Positions 39,805-49,191 of a stretch of DNA of 64,000 bases are shown here, piece by piece. Source of the stretch: an uncultured bacterium. GTDB lineage: Bacteria > Gemmatimonadota > Gemmatimonadetes > Palauibacterales > Palauibacteraceae. Location: NCBI GenBank assembly GCA_965370685.1, contig CBDUVN010000002.1, forward strand, positions 15,065-79,064. Reading direction: 5' to 3'. The position numbers and the translations under genes are program-made. Position 1 is the first letter of the stretch; every line of letters starts with the position of its first letter. The notes beneath the pieces were generated by a model that was given only the letters and a program-made list of their open reading frames with translations, was not told the origin of the DNA and made no database searches.

Positions 39805-40758
39805 TTGAGCCCCGAACACAGAACGGTCGTCGTCGCGATCGGCGGCAATGCGCTGTCGCCGTCGGGTGAGTCGGCATTCGTGTCGAATCAGTTCCGGCAC
39901 ACGCGCGCCAGCCTGGTCTCTATCGTGGACCTGGCCCGGGATGGCTGGCGCATCGCGATCGTGCACGGAAACGGGCCGCAGGTAGGAGACGAACTGCTCC
40001 GAAACGAAGAAGCACGCAATGAAGTGGAGCAGCTCCCGCTGGGGATTCTGGTGGCCGCGACGGCGGGCTGGATCGGGTACATGATCCAGCAGTCGCTGGA
40101 GAACGCGCTCGCTGGTTCGGGTATAGAGCGCCGCGTCGTGACCCTGATCACGCAGTCCCGGGTCGAGCCGGATGATCCGGCCATGAGCAAGCCGACAAAG
40201 TTCATAGGCAGGGGACTGTCGGAGTCGGATGCCGCCGATCTGCGCAGGGACGGGGTGCGGATCGAGGAAGATCCGCGGGGAAACCTGAGACGGCTGGTCC
40301 CGAGCCCGATTCCGGTCGAGATCGTGGAGTCGGACATGGTTCGGGAGCTCGTGCTTCGCGGCGACATCGTAATCGCGGCGGGTGGCGGAGGAATCCCGGT
40401 CTACCGCGATCCGGTTCTCGGCCTGGAGGGCGTCGATGCGGTGGTGGACAAGGACCGCGCGGCCGCGATCCTCGGTCGGGATATCGGTGCCAGTATTCTG
40501 CTCATTCTGACGGACGTGGACGGCGTGTACGAGCACTGGGGAACGGAACGGGCACGAAGAATCCCGGAGCTCTCGAGCGAGCAGGCTGAACGCCTGGTCG
40601 CGGGGGAATCGCTCGGCGCGGGCAGCATGCGACCGAAGCTGGATGCGGCGCTGCACTTTCTCGACACTGGTGGTGAGATGGCGATCATCGCGGCGCTCGA
40701 GGATGGTCCGGCGGCGCTGGCCGGACAAGCGGGAACTACGATCAGGCCCGGTAGCTGA
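39805..40758 (+). CDS. arcC: carbamate kinase
   Basis: Motifs AIGGNAL, HGNGPQVG, PTKFIGRG, VPSPIP, GGGGIPV align with enterococcal carbamate kinase. TTG start. Confidence 0.8.
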   Translation: MSPEHRTVVVAIGGNALSPSGESAFVSNQFRHTRASLVSIVDLARDGWRIAIVHGNGPQVGDELLRNEEARNEVEQLPLGILVAATAGWIGYMIQQSLENALAGSGIERRVVTLITQSRVEPDDPAMSKPTKFIGRGLSESDAADLRRDGVRIEEDPRGNLRRLVPSPIPVEIVESDMVRELVLRGDIVIAAGGGGIPVYRDPVLGLEGVDAVVDKDRAAAILGRDIGASILLILTDVDGVYEHWGTERARRIPELSSEQAERLVAGESLGAGSMRPKLDAALHFLDTGGEMAIIAALEDGPAALAGQAGTTIRPGS

Positions 40759-40799
40759 ACAGGCCGGGAAACCGTTTCTGACATAGGACGAAGGCGGAA

Positions 40800-41945
40800 A
40801 TGAACATTCACGAATATCAGGCCAGGGAGATCCTCCGGGCGCACGGGATCCCGGTCCCACCCGGGGAGATCGCTACGACACCGGAGGAAGCCGAATCGAT
40901 CGCGGCTCGGTATGGGGGAGCCGTTGTTGTAAAGGCACAGGTGCACGCGGGTGGCAGAGGTAAGGCGGGCGGCGTGAAACTGGCCGATGACCCCGCGGAC
41001 GCGAAGGAAAAGGCCGCGGCTATTCTCGGATTGGAGATCAAGGGCCTGACGGTCGAGAAGGTCCTGGTTGCGCCGGCCGAGGATATTGCCTCAGAGGCGT
41101 ACCTCGGGATCGTGATGGACCGTGCCACGCAGAGCGATGTGATCATGGTCTCGTCCGAGGGCGGCATCGATATCGAGGAGGTGGCGGCGAGCAATCCGGA
41201 TGCGATCCGGAAACTGGCCGTGGATCCGAGGTACGGTCTGTTGCCGCACCAGGCGATGGGGCTCGCCTGGGCGCTGTACGACGACGTGAAGCTCGCGCGG
41301 CAGGCATCCGCGATCATCATGAACCTGTACGAGGCCTACCAGGCAGCCGGCGCCACGCTGGTCGAGATCAATCCGCTGATCACCACGCCCGAGGGCGAAG
41401 TGAAGGCGATCGACGCCAAGATGAATATCGATGACAGCGTTCTGTTCCGCGTGCCCGAAGTGGCGGCGATGCGGGACACGAGCTCCGAACCGCCGGCCGA
41501 GACGAAGGCGAGAGACGCCGGACTCAGCTACATCAAGCTGGACGGGCAGGTGGGTTGCGTGGTGAACGGGGCGGGGCTTTCCATGGCGACGATGGACATG
41601 GTGAAGTACTACGGCGGGGAGCCCGCGAACTTCCTCGACATCGGAGGCTCGTCGAACCCGGACAAGGTCGTGACCGCGCTGGAAATCATCAGCGCCGATC
41701 CACGCGTGAAGTCAATTCTGTTCAATATTTTCGGTGGGATCACCCGATGTGATGATGTCGCCAATGGCATCGTGGAAGCCACGCAACGCATCGACATCGA
41801 TATTCCGCTCGCCATCCGGCTCACCGGTACGAACGAAGCGGAGGCCATCGAAATCCTGAATCAGGCCGGATTCACTGCGATGACGGATATGGACGAGGTG
41901 GTGAAAGCGGCAGTGGAGCTCGCGAAGGGAGACGCGTCGGAATGA
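40800..41945 (+). CDS. sucC: succinyl-CoA synthetase beta subunit
   Basis: [13 protein letters not shown]-terminus and ATP-grasp domain. Confidence 0.95.
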   Translation: MNIHEYQAREILRAHGIPVPPGEIATTPEEAESIAARYGGAVVVKAQVHAGGRGKAGGVKLADDPADAKEKAAAILGLEIKGLTVEKVLVAPAEDIASEAYLGIVMDRATQSDVIMVSSEGGIDIEEVAASNPDAIRKLAVDPRYGLLPHQAMGLAWALYDDVKLARQASAIIMNLYEAYQAAGATLVEINPLITTPEGEVKAIDAKMNIDDSVLFRVPEVAAMRDTSSEPPAETKARDAGLSYIKLDGQVGCVVNGAGLSMATMDMVKYYGGEPANFLDIGGSSNPDKVVTALEIISADPRVKSILFNIFGGITRCDDVANGIVEATQRIDIDIPLAIRLTGTNEAEAIEILNQAGFTAMTDMDEVVKAAVELAKGDASE

Positions 41946-42811
41946 GCATATTCATCGATGAATCCACTCGGCTGGTCGTGCAGGGCATCACCGGCAGGGA
42001 CGGGGGTTTCCATACCCGTCAGATGATTGAGTACGGCACGCAGGTCGTCGCCGGAGTGACGCCAGGTAAGGGCGGCCAGCTGTTCGATGACTCGGTCCCG
42101 GTATTCAACACCGTCGTCGAGGCCGTCGAGCAGCACGGAGCCAATACGAGCGTCGTGTACGTACCCGCTGCGTTTGCCGCCGACGCCGTATTCGAGGCCG
42201 CAGAAGCCGGTATCAAGTTGATCGTGTGCATTTCCGAGGGGGTCCCGGTCCAGGACATGATGCGAGTGCTCCCATTCGTGAGGGAGAAGGGCGCGCGGCT
42301 CATCGGACCGAATTGCCCCGGACTGATCACGCCGGGAGTGTGCAAGGTCGGCATTCTGCCCGGACAGATCGTCATGCCCGGACCGGTTGGGGTCGTAAGC
42401 CGGTCTGGAACACTGACATACGAAGTGATCTTTCAGCTCACCCGAGCGGGGATAGGTCAATCCACCTGCCTCGGTATCGGGGGAGACCCGTTGATCGGCA
42501 CGAATTTCGTGGATTGTCTGGAGGCGTTCGAAGCGGACCCTCAGACCAGGGCCGTGTGCATGCTCGGCGAAATTGGTGGTACGGATGAGCAGGTGGCTGC
42601 CGAGTACGTGCGTGACCGGATGTCGAAGCCGGTAGTCGGGTTCATCGCCGGACAGACGGCGCCACCCGGACGCCGCATGGGACACGCCGGCGCCATTATC
42701 TCAGGCTCGGAGGGGACGGCCGCTGAGAAGATGAAAGCGTTCCGCGAATGTGGGATCGCCGTCGCCGAACGGCCTGCGGACTTCCCGGAGCTGGTCGGAG
42801 CCGGACTCTGA
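41942..42811 (+). CDS. sucD: succinyl-CoA synthetase alpha subunit
   Basis: CoA-binding domain and phospho-His region (GHAGAIISG). ATGA overlap with the sucC stop. Confidence 0.95.
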   Translation: MSIFIDESTRLVVQGITGRDGGFHTRQMIEYGTQVVAGVTPGKGGQLFDDSVPVFNTVVEAVEQHGANTSVVYVPAAFAADAVFEAAEAGIKLIVCISEGVPVQDMMRVLPFVREKGARLIGPNCPGLITPGVCKVGILPGQIVMPGPVGVVSRSGTLTYEVIFQLTRAGIGQSTCLGIGGDPLIGTNFVDCLEAFEADPQTRAVCMLGEIGGTDEQVAAEYVRDRMSKPVVGFIAGQTAPPGRRMGHAGAIISGSEGTAAEKMKAFRECGIAVAERPADFPELVGAGL

Positions 42812-42896
42812 GCGAACGGCAGGGACAGTAGAGTGAGGCTGTCCGGCGAGAGCACCCGCCGGGCGCGCCTCACCCCTTGATACGGAGGAAGAGTCG

Positions 42897-43316
42897 ATGA
42901 GCAGAGAGATCACGCTCGCCATCGTGAAGCCCGATGCCTTCGGTACCGGCAAGGCGGGCCGCATTCTGGCGCACCTCGAGGAAGCGGGGTTCGAGCTCGT
43001 GGGCGCCCGAGTGGCGAGACTTCGACGGGTGGAGGCGGAGGCGTTCTACGCGGTTCACAGCGAGCGGCCGTTCTACGGTTCTCTGGTTGAATTCATGACC
43101 TCGGGCCCGTGCATGCCGATCGTGCTGCGCAGGGAGAACGCGGTCGCACATCTGCGGAGTGTGATCGGAGCGACGGACCCGGCGGAGGCGGAGCCAGGGA
43201 CCGTGCGCGCGCTGTTCGCCGAGAGCAAGGAACGGAATGCGATCCACGCATCCGATTCCGTCGACAACGCGGCAGTGGAAGTCTCGTTCTTCTTTCCGGG
43301 CACGGAGTTGATCTGA
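42897..43316 (+). CDS. ndk: nucleoside diphosphate kinase
   Basis: Motifs ITLAIVKPDA and NAIHASDS (active His). SD GGAGGAAG upstream. Confidence 0.93.
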   Translation: MSREITLAIVKPDAFGTGKAGRILAHLEEAGFELVGARVARLRRVEAEAFYAVHSERPFYGSLVEFMTSGPCMPIVLRRENAVAHLRSVIGATDPAEAEPGTVRALFAESKERNAIHASDSVDNAAVEVSFFFPGTELI

Positions 43317-43352
43317 ACCGATCTCGACGGGAGGGGTATCGGGGTCAGCGCG

Positions 43353-43946
43353 TTGACAGAATCGGTGGAAACGACTATGAATAAAGGCTTCCCGGCGGGA
43401 ATGCTGGCGTTCGATCGACTCGAAGCGGGTCCGGTCGAGTGGTCGGGCCGCTTGCCCGCGGACCCGTCGATGTGGGATCTGGGCGAGGTGGCCCTGATCG
43501 ACGCTGCGGAAGCCGATCTCAACGTCGACGCCTTCACGGAGGGCGGCGTTCGTGTGCAGGGGCGGTTGGGTGCGCCTGTCGAGATGCAATGCAGACGGTG
43601 CCTGGACCGTATCGTTCGCAAGGTCGAAGTGGATCTCGACCTCCGATTCGATCCTGATATCGGGCCCGAGGAAGAAACAGAGGGATTGTACACGCTGGAT
43701 CCCGATGCGGCAGAGCTCGATCTGCTGCCGGCGCTGCGCGAGGAGCTGCTCCTGGCACTGCCGGCGTTTCCGCTCTGCACGGCGGACTGCAAAGGGATCT
43801 GCCCGGCGTGCGGTACGAACCTCAACGAGGGTGACTGCGACTGCCGTGTCGACGCGGCGGACTCGCGGTGGGATGTGCTGAGACAACGGTTCCCGCAGGA
43901 CCCGGACGCCGCAGAGGGCGCCGGAAGCGGGTCGGACGACGGATAG
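43353..43946 (+). CDS. yceD: YceD/DUF177-family protein (23S rRNA accumulation protein)
   Basis: Cys-rich C-terminus (CRRCLDRI...CKGICPACG...CDC) and conserved position upstream of rpmF. Confidence 0.75.
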   Translation: MTESVETTMNKGFPAGMLAFDRLEAGPVEWSGRLPADPSMWDLGEVALIDAAEADLNVDAFTEGGVRVQGRLGAPVEMQCRRCLDRIVRKVEVDLDLRFDPDIGPEEETEGLYTLDPDAAELDLLPALREELLLALPAFPLCTADCKGICPACGTNLNEGDCDCRVDAADSRWDVLRQRFPQDPDAAEGAGSGSDDG

Positions 43947-43959
43947 AGGATCGGGTATC

Positions 43960-44142
43960 ATGGCCGTACCGAAGCGACGTACATCGAAGACACGCAAGCG
44001 GAATCGTCGCGGACACGACGTGGCGGAGAACGTCGCGCACCAGACGTGTCCGCGTTGCGGAGATCCGCGAAGACCTCACCGGGTCTGCCCGAGTTGCGGG
44101 CACTACAGAGACCGCGAAGTCGTCAGGACCGAGGAGTTCTAA
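43960..44142 (+). CDS. rpmF: 50S ribosomal protein L32
   Basis: Typical AVPKRRTSK N-terminus plus CxxC...CxxC zinc ribbon. Confidence 0.92.
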   Translation: MAVPKRRTSKTRKRNRRGHDVAENVAHQTCPRCGDPRRPHRVCPSCGHYRDREVVRTEEF

Positions 44143-44305
44143 ACCGGTCCTGCGCACTGGTGCGCGCCGGGATCGAGGCATGCACCAGCGCCGCTGGCCT
44201 CGGCCTCCAACCGGAGGGCGGGGCCAGCGTGTTTGCAGTACGGGTTGTGGGTCGTGCCGCGGTGCCGGTTGAACCGCCCGTCCACGGGGGTCCCCCGGAG
44301 GTGGC

Positions 44306-45247
44306 GTGAAACGTCTGGCCGTAATGATGCCGGGGCAGGGGTCGCAGTTTATCGGCATGGGTCGCGACCTCGCCATGGCAGATGCACGTGCGATGGAGCT
44401 GTTCGAACGAGCGGACAGTGTCCTGGGCATTCCGCTCAGTCGAATCTGCTGGGAAGGCCCGGTCGAGGAGTTGACTCGGACCGAGAATGCCCAACCGGCG
44501 ATTTTGCTCCACTCTTTCATTGCATGGAGCCTGCTGCCGGATGAAGTTCGGGCGGCTGTGACCGTAGGAGTCGGACACTCATTGGGAGAGTTCACGGCCT
44601 ATGTGGCAGCCGGATCCCTGGATCTGGATGATGCCCTGAGACTGGTGCGGCGCAGGGGCGAGTTGATGGCCCGTTCCGGTGATGAGCGGGCCGGAACGAT
44701 GGCTGCCGTGATCGGGCTGGATCCAGAATCGGTTCAGTCTGTCTGTGCGACCGTGTCCTCGGATGGATGCGTTGTGGTTCCGGCGAATTACAACGCTCCG
44801 GGACAGATCGTGATCAGCGGGGATGTGTCGGCAGTCGAGTCGGCGATGGTTGCTGCCACTGAGATCGGCGCCCGCAAGGTGATCCCGCTTAACGTGAGCG
44901 GAGCGTTTCATTCGCCGCTCATGGAGTCGGCTCGGTCGGGCCTGGCTGAGGCGATCACCGCAGTAGAGCTCGCGGATCCGGCTTTCCCCGTCGTCGCGAA
45001 TGCAACGGCGAAGGAGGTTCGTACAGCGTCCGATGCCCGGGCACGGCTTGTCGAGCAGTTGACTTCTCCGGTTCGCTGGGTCGAGTCGGTCGAGACGATC
45101 GCCGCGTTGGCTCCCGATCTGTGGATCGAAGTCGGTCCCGGCCGCGTTCTCAGCGGGCTGCTGAAGCGGGTCGATCGTGGCCAGATCTCGTCGGCCGCGG
45201 GCACACCGGTGGAATTGGAACAGATGGTGGAGGCCTTCAATGCCTGA
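44306..45247 (+). CDS. fabD: malonyl-CoA:ACP transacylase
   Basis: MPGQGSQ and GHSLGEF motifs. GTG start. Confidence 0.9.
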   Translation: MKRLAVMMPGQGSQFIGMGRDLAMADARAMELFERADSVLGIPLSRICWEGPVEELTRTENAQPAILLHSFIAWSLLPDEVRAAVTVGVGHSLGEFTAYVAAGSLDLDDALRLVRRRGELMARSGDERAGTMAAVIGLDPESVQSVCATVSSDGCVVVPANYNAPGQIVISGDVSAVESAMVAATEIGARKVIPLNVSGAFHSPLMESARSGLAEAITAVELADPAFPVVANATAKEVRTASDARARLVEQLTSPVRWVESVETIAALAPDLWIEVGPGRVLSGLLKRVDRGQISSAAGTPVELEQMVEAFNA

Positions 45248-45983
45248 ACTGGACGGAACGGTCACGGTCGTCACAGGCGCTTCCCGCGGCATCGGTCGCG
45301 CGATCGCCGAGTCTCTCGCGGAGGGCGGGTGCACGGTGGCCTGCGTCGCGCGGGACGAGGAGCGAGCGCGTGCGGCGGCAGAGTCCCTGCCCGGGACCGG
45401 CGGAAAGGGCTATGCGTGCGACGTCTCTGATCCGGCGGCATGCGTGGATCTCATCGCCGCCGTCGAGGCCGACATCGGTCCGGTCGATCTGCTTGTCAAC
45501 AATGCGGGGATCACGCGGGATAACGTGCTGGTCCGGCTGCGGGACGAGGACTGGCAGTCCGTGCTCGACACGAACCTGAAGGGTGCGTTCAACACGACAC
45601 GCGCCGTCGCGCGTGGAATGATGAAGCGACGCTCCGGTCGGATCGTGAATATCGCGAGCGTGGTAGGGTTGACGGGGAACCCGGGGCAGGCCAACTATGC
45701 GGCGTCCAAAGCGGGTCTGATCGGGTTCTCGAAGTCTGTGGCGCAGGAACTGGCATCGCGGGGCGTCCTGGTGAATGTAGTGGCGCCCGGCTTTATCGAG
45801 ACGGACATGACGTCCGAACTTCCCGAGAAAGCGCGCGATGCGTTGTTGGAGAGAATCCCGTTGGGCAGATTCGGAACACCGGAGGATGTCGCTGGCGTTG
45901 TCCGTTTTCTGGCGGGTCCGTACGGGTCGTACATGACGGGACAGGTCCTGGTCGTGGATGGTGGAATGGTGATGCACGGCTGA
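45240..45983 (+). CDS. fabG: 3-oxoacyl-ACP reductase
   Basis: Motifs VTGASRGIGRAIA, NAG, Y-x3-K. Start overlaps the fabD stop (ATGCCTGA). Confidence 0.9.
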   Translation: MPELDGTVTVVTGASRGIGRAIAESLAEGGCTVACVARDEERARAAAESLPGTGGKGYACDVSDPAACVDLIAAVEADIGPVDLLVNNAGITRDNVLVRLRDEDWQSVLDTNLKGAFNTTRAVARGMMKRRSGRIVNIASVVGLTGNPGQANYAASKAGLIGFSKSVAQELASRGVLVNVVAPGFIETDMTSELPEKARDALLERIPLGRFGTPEDVAGVVRFLAGPYGSYMTGQVLVVDGGMVMHG

Positions 45984-46064
45984 CCGCCTGGGTCGGTCGA
46001 GACAACGGAACACGCGTCTTGTCGCGTGCCGGTGAACAAACCTCGTATACGAGAGGAAATCGAC

Positions 46065-46301
46065 ATGTCGGATGCGGCGGCGAAGGTAAGGGAAATCATT
46101 GCGAACGAGCTGGGCGTCGAGATCGAGAAAGTGACTGACGCGGCCTCGTTCGTAGAGGATCTGGGTGCGGACTCGCTCGACACGGTCGAGCTCGTGATGG
46201 CATTCGAGGAAGAGTTCTCGATCGAGATTCCCGACGAGGACGCAGAGAAGATGCAGACCGTCGGCGATGCGATCCGGTATCTTTCCGAAAACCAGGAATG
46301 A
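46065..46301 (+). CDS. acpP: acyl carrier protein
   Basis: DLGADSLD phosphopantetheine-Ser motif. SD GAGAGGAAAT upstream. Confidence 0.93.
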   Translation: MSDAAAKVREIIANELGVEIEKVTDAASFVEDLGADSLDTVELVMAFEEEFSIEIPDEDAEKMQTVGDAIRYLSENQE

Positions 46302-46331
46302 CCGCAGGCCCTGGTAGGGGGCGTTACGAGA

Positions 46332-47588
46332 ATGAATGACCGGCCAAGGGTTGTCGTAACGGGTCTGGGACTCGTGACTCCGGTTGGTCTGGATGTCGAG
46401 GAGACGTGGTCCGCCTTGCTCGCAGGAGCGAGTGGGGCGGGTCCGATCTCGCAGTTCGACGCATCCGGGCACCCCGTCCGTTTCGCGTGCGAAGTGAAGG
46501 ACTTCGATCCCGAGCGGTACATGGATCGGAAAGAGGCGCGCCGGTCCGATCGATTCCTGCAGTTCGCGATGGCCACCGCTGTCCAGGCGGCCGAGCAGGC
46601 GAATCTGGAAGAGATCATGCGTTCCACATCGCCGGAGCGGGTCGGGGTGATCGTGGGCAGCGGGATCGGAGGCCTGAGCACGCTCGAAGATCAGCACTCC
46701 AAGCTGCGTGACCGGGGGCCGGGCAGGGTTTCTCCGTTCTTCGTACCGATGTTCATCGGTGACATGGCCGCTGGCATGATATCGATGCGCTACGGAGCGC
46801 AGGGGCCGAATTACGCGACGGTCTCCGCGTGCGCCTCCGGCGCGCATGCCGTGGGCTCTGCCGTGCGCGCCATCCGGGTCGGAGAGGCGGATGTGATGAT
46901 CACCGGGGGCACCGAGGCGACGGTCACGCCGTTGTGCATGGCCGGTTTCGCTTCGATGAAGGCTCTGTCGGAACGGAACGATACGCCCGAGACCGCCTCC
47001 CGGCCGTTTGACGCCACGCGGGATGGTTTCGTCCTCGGGGAAGGCGCCGGGATGATGGTGATCGAGAGCCTGGAGCATGCGCAGGCCCGCGGAGCCCGAA
47101 TCATCGCGGAGCTCGCCGGATTCGGGCAGAGCGCGGATGCTTACCACATGACGGCCCCGTCTCCCGGAGGAGAGGGGGCCCAGATCGCGATCCGGGCGGC
47201 GATGCGTGATGCACAGATGTCGGTCGAGGACGTGGATTACGTGAATGCGCATGGCACTTCCACTCCGGCCAACGATTCCACCGAGACGGCAGCGTTGAGG
47301 ACCGTGTTCGGGGAACAGGCCAACGAGTTGATCGTCAGCTCCACCAAATCGATGACCGGGCATACGCTCGGAGCGGCGGGAGGGATCGAGGCCGCGATCT
47401 GCGCGCTGGTGTGCGAGCGGGGCCAGATTCCGCCCACGATCAATTACGAGACACCGGACCCGGAGTGTGATCTCGACTATGCCGTGGAAGGCGTCGTCCA
47501 GCGCGAGGTGAAGGCGGCGCTGTCGAACTCCTTCGGCTTCGGGGGGCACAACGTATCCCTGGCGGTGCGCCGCTGGGACGGGGACTGA
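46332..47588 (+). CDS. fabF: 3-oxoacyl-ACP synthase II
   Basis: Active-site VSACASG and HGTSTPANDS...GHTLGAAG. Confidence 0.93.
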   Translation: MNDRPRVVVTGLGLVTPVGLDVEETWSALLAGASGAGPISQFDASGHPVRFACEVKDFDPERYMDRKEARRSDRFLQFAMATAVQAAEQANLEEIMRSTSPERVGVIVGSGIGGLSTLEDQHSKLRDRGPGRVSPFFVPMFIGDMAAGMISMRYGAQGPNYATVSACASGAHAVGSAVRAIRVGEADVMITGGTEATVTPLCMAGFASMKALSERNDTPETASRPFDATRDGFVLGEGAGMMVIESLEHAQARGARIIAELAGFGQSADAYHMTAPSPGGEGAQIAIRAAMRDAQMSVEDVDYVNAHGTSTPANDSTETAALRTVFGEQANELIVSSTKSMTGHTLGAAGGIEAAICALVCERGQIPPTINYETPDPECDLDYAVEGVVQREVKAALSNSFGFGGHNVSLAVRRWDGD

Positions 47589-47612
47589 CGAACAGCGGCC
47601 ACAGGAAACGAA

Positions 47613-48020
47613 ATGCCCAGGGTTCTCGTGATGATGGGATCGGAATCGGATCGCCCGACGATGGCAAAGGGGGTTGACGTCCTCACCGATGCCGGAGTCG
47701 ACGTCGAGGTGGTGGTAAGCAGTGCACATCGGGATCCGGTGCGAACCGCCGGAATCGCGAGTTCTGCGGCCGCGGATGGGTTCGGCGTCGTGATCTGCGG
47801 AGCCGGTCTCTCCGCCGCGCTTCCGGGCGTCGTCGCGGCACACACAGATCTTCCCGTGATCGGAGTTCCGATATCGGCCGGAACCCTCGGTGGGATCGAC
47901 GCCCTCCTGTCGATCGCGCAAATGCCCCCCGGTGTTCCCGTGGCCGCAGTCGGAATCGATAACGCCCGCAACGCGGCTCACCTGGCGCTGAGGATACTCG
48001 CCGGGCGTTCGGGATCCTGA
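47613..48020 (+). CDS. purE: 5-(carboxyamino)imidazole ribonucleotide mutase PurE (short, 135 aa)
   Basis: Motifs MMGSESD, SAHRDP, LSIAQMPPGVPVAAVGI. Confidence 0.78.
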   Translation: MPRVLVMMGSESDRPTMAKGVDVLTDAGVDVEVVVSSAHRDPVRTAGIASSAAADGFGVVICGAGLSAALPGVVAAHTDLPVIGVPISAGTLGGIDALLSIAQMPPGVPVAAVGIDNARNAAHLALRILAGRSGS

Positions 48021-48042
48021 CCGGACTCGCGCGGAGATCCCC

Positions 48043-48558
48043 GTGCGCGTCGGCGTCGGCTACGATTCCCATCGGTTCGATGATTCACGCTCCCTCGTCC
48101 TCGGGGGAGTGCGGATTCCCGCCGCACCCGGACTCTCGGGCCATTCGGATGGAGACGCCGTAACACACGCCCTCATCGACGCGCTTCTGGGTGCAGCGGG
48201 GCTGGGCACGATCGGTGGAAGGTTTCCCGATACGGATCCAGAGTGGAAAGACGCGGATTCGCTGGAGCTTCTCGAGCGGACGATCCGCTGGGTGGAGGAG
48301 CGCAACTACCAGGTCGTGAATGTGGATGTGACGGTGGTTGCCGAATTGCCGCGTATTTCCCCCCATGCCGAAGCGATGTCGAACGTTCTGTCGCGGTATC
48401 TCCACATCGCGCCGGACGCCGTATCCATCAAGGGCAAGTCCAACGAAGGAATGGGCTGGATCGGCAGGTCCGAGGGACTTGCTGTCACCGCGGTCGCACT
48501 GCTCGATCAGATCGGTGACATCGACGCGCTTCACGCCAGCATACGCGCCGGGGGCTAG
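48043..48558 (+). CDS. ispF: 2-C-methyl-D-erythritol 2,4-cyclodiphosphate synthase
   Basis: Motifs RVGVGYDSHRF and SDGD. GTG start. Confidence 0.92.
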   Translation: MRVGVGYDSHRFDDSRSLVLGGVRIPAAPGLSGHSDGDAVTHALIDALLGAAGLGTIGGRFPDTDPEWKDADSLELLERTIRWVEERNYQVVNVDVTVVAELPRISPHAEAMSNVLSRYLHIAPDAVSIKGKSNEGMGWIGRSEGLAVTAVALLDQIGDIDALHASIRAGG

Positions 48559-48564
48559 GCCCCG

Positions 48565-49191
48565 GTGCCCGAGCTGATCGATGGTCTGCTGGGCCTGGTT
48601 TCCCAGCTCCCCGTCGAAGTTCTGTATCTCCTGGTAGGCGCCGGAGCGGCGATCGAGAATCTCTTTCCTCCGATTCCATCGGACATGTTCGTCGTGGCTG
48701 GTGCGATCGTCGCCGATCGTGGGCTGCTCGACAGCCGCCTGGTGTTCCTCGTGGCCTGGGTCAGCAACCTGCTGCTCGCACTCTCCGTCTATCTGGCAGC
48801 CCGCCGGTACGGCGCGGGCATCTTCGCGACGCGCTGGGGGCACTGGTTGCTGCGCCCCGAGCAGCTGCGGCGAATGTCGTTGTTCTACCGGGAGTACGGG
48901 ACGCTGAGTATCCTCGTGAGTCGGTTTTTCCCGGTATTCAGGGTCCTGGTCCCCGCGTTCGCCGGGATCAGTCATCTGGGGTTCTGGCGCACGGCCATTC
49001 CGTTGTCGATCGCCTCGGCCGTGTGGTACGGAGCGCTGGTGACGGCGGGAGTCCTGTTCTCGCGTAATATCGATCGGCTGCTCGGACCGCTGAAGGCAGT
49101 GAACACGACGGCGGGGATCATTGCGGTGCTGGTCGCGGTTCTCCTGCTTCTTCTGTGGTGGTGGAGTCGGAGGGAGGAAGCGGACTCGTGA
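48565..49191 (+). CDS. DedA-family membrane protein
   Basis: Multi-TM with DedA-like motif region (ENLFPPIPSD...). GTG start. Confidence 0.68.
   Translation: MPELIDGLLGLVSQLPVEVLYLLVGAGAAIENLFPPIPSDMFVVAGAIVADRGLLDSRLVFLVAWVSNLLLALSVYLAARRYGAGIFATRWGHWLLRPEQLRRMSLFYREYGTLSILVSRFFPVFRVLVPAFAGISHLGFWRTAIPLSIASAVWYGALVTAGVLFSRNIDRLLGPLKAVNTTAGIIAVLVAVLLLLLWWWSRREEADS

Noticed and set aside
45237-47981. 914-aa minus-strand ORF, plus similar long antisense ORFs at 17507-18793, 25730-27145, 26725-28950, 58810-60981, 35278-36681 and 39610-40860.
   Set aside because: They are Arg/Pro/Gly-rich and lie antisense to strongly conserved genes (fabG-acpP-fabF, moaA, nuo, rpoN, GTs). This is the typical stop-codon-poor artefact of about 68% GC DNA, and none shows recognisable motifs.
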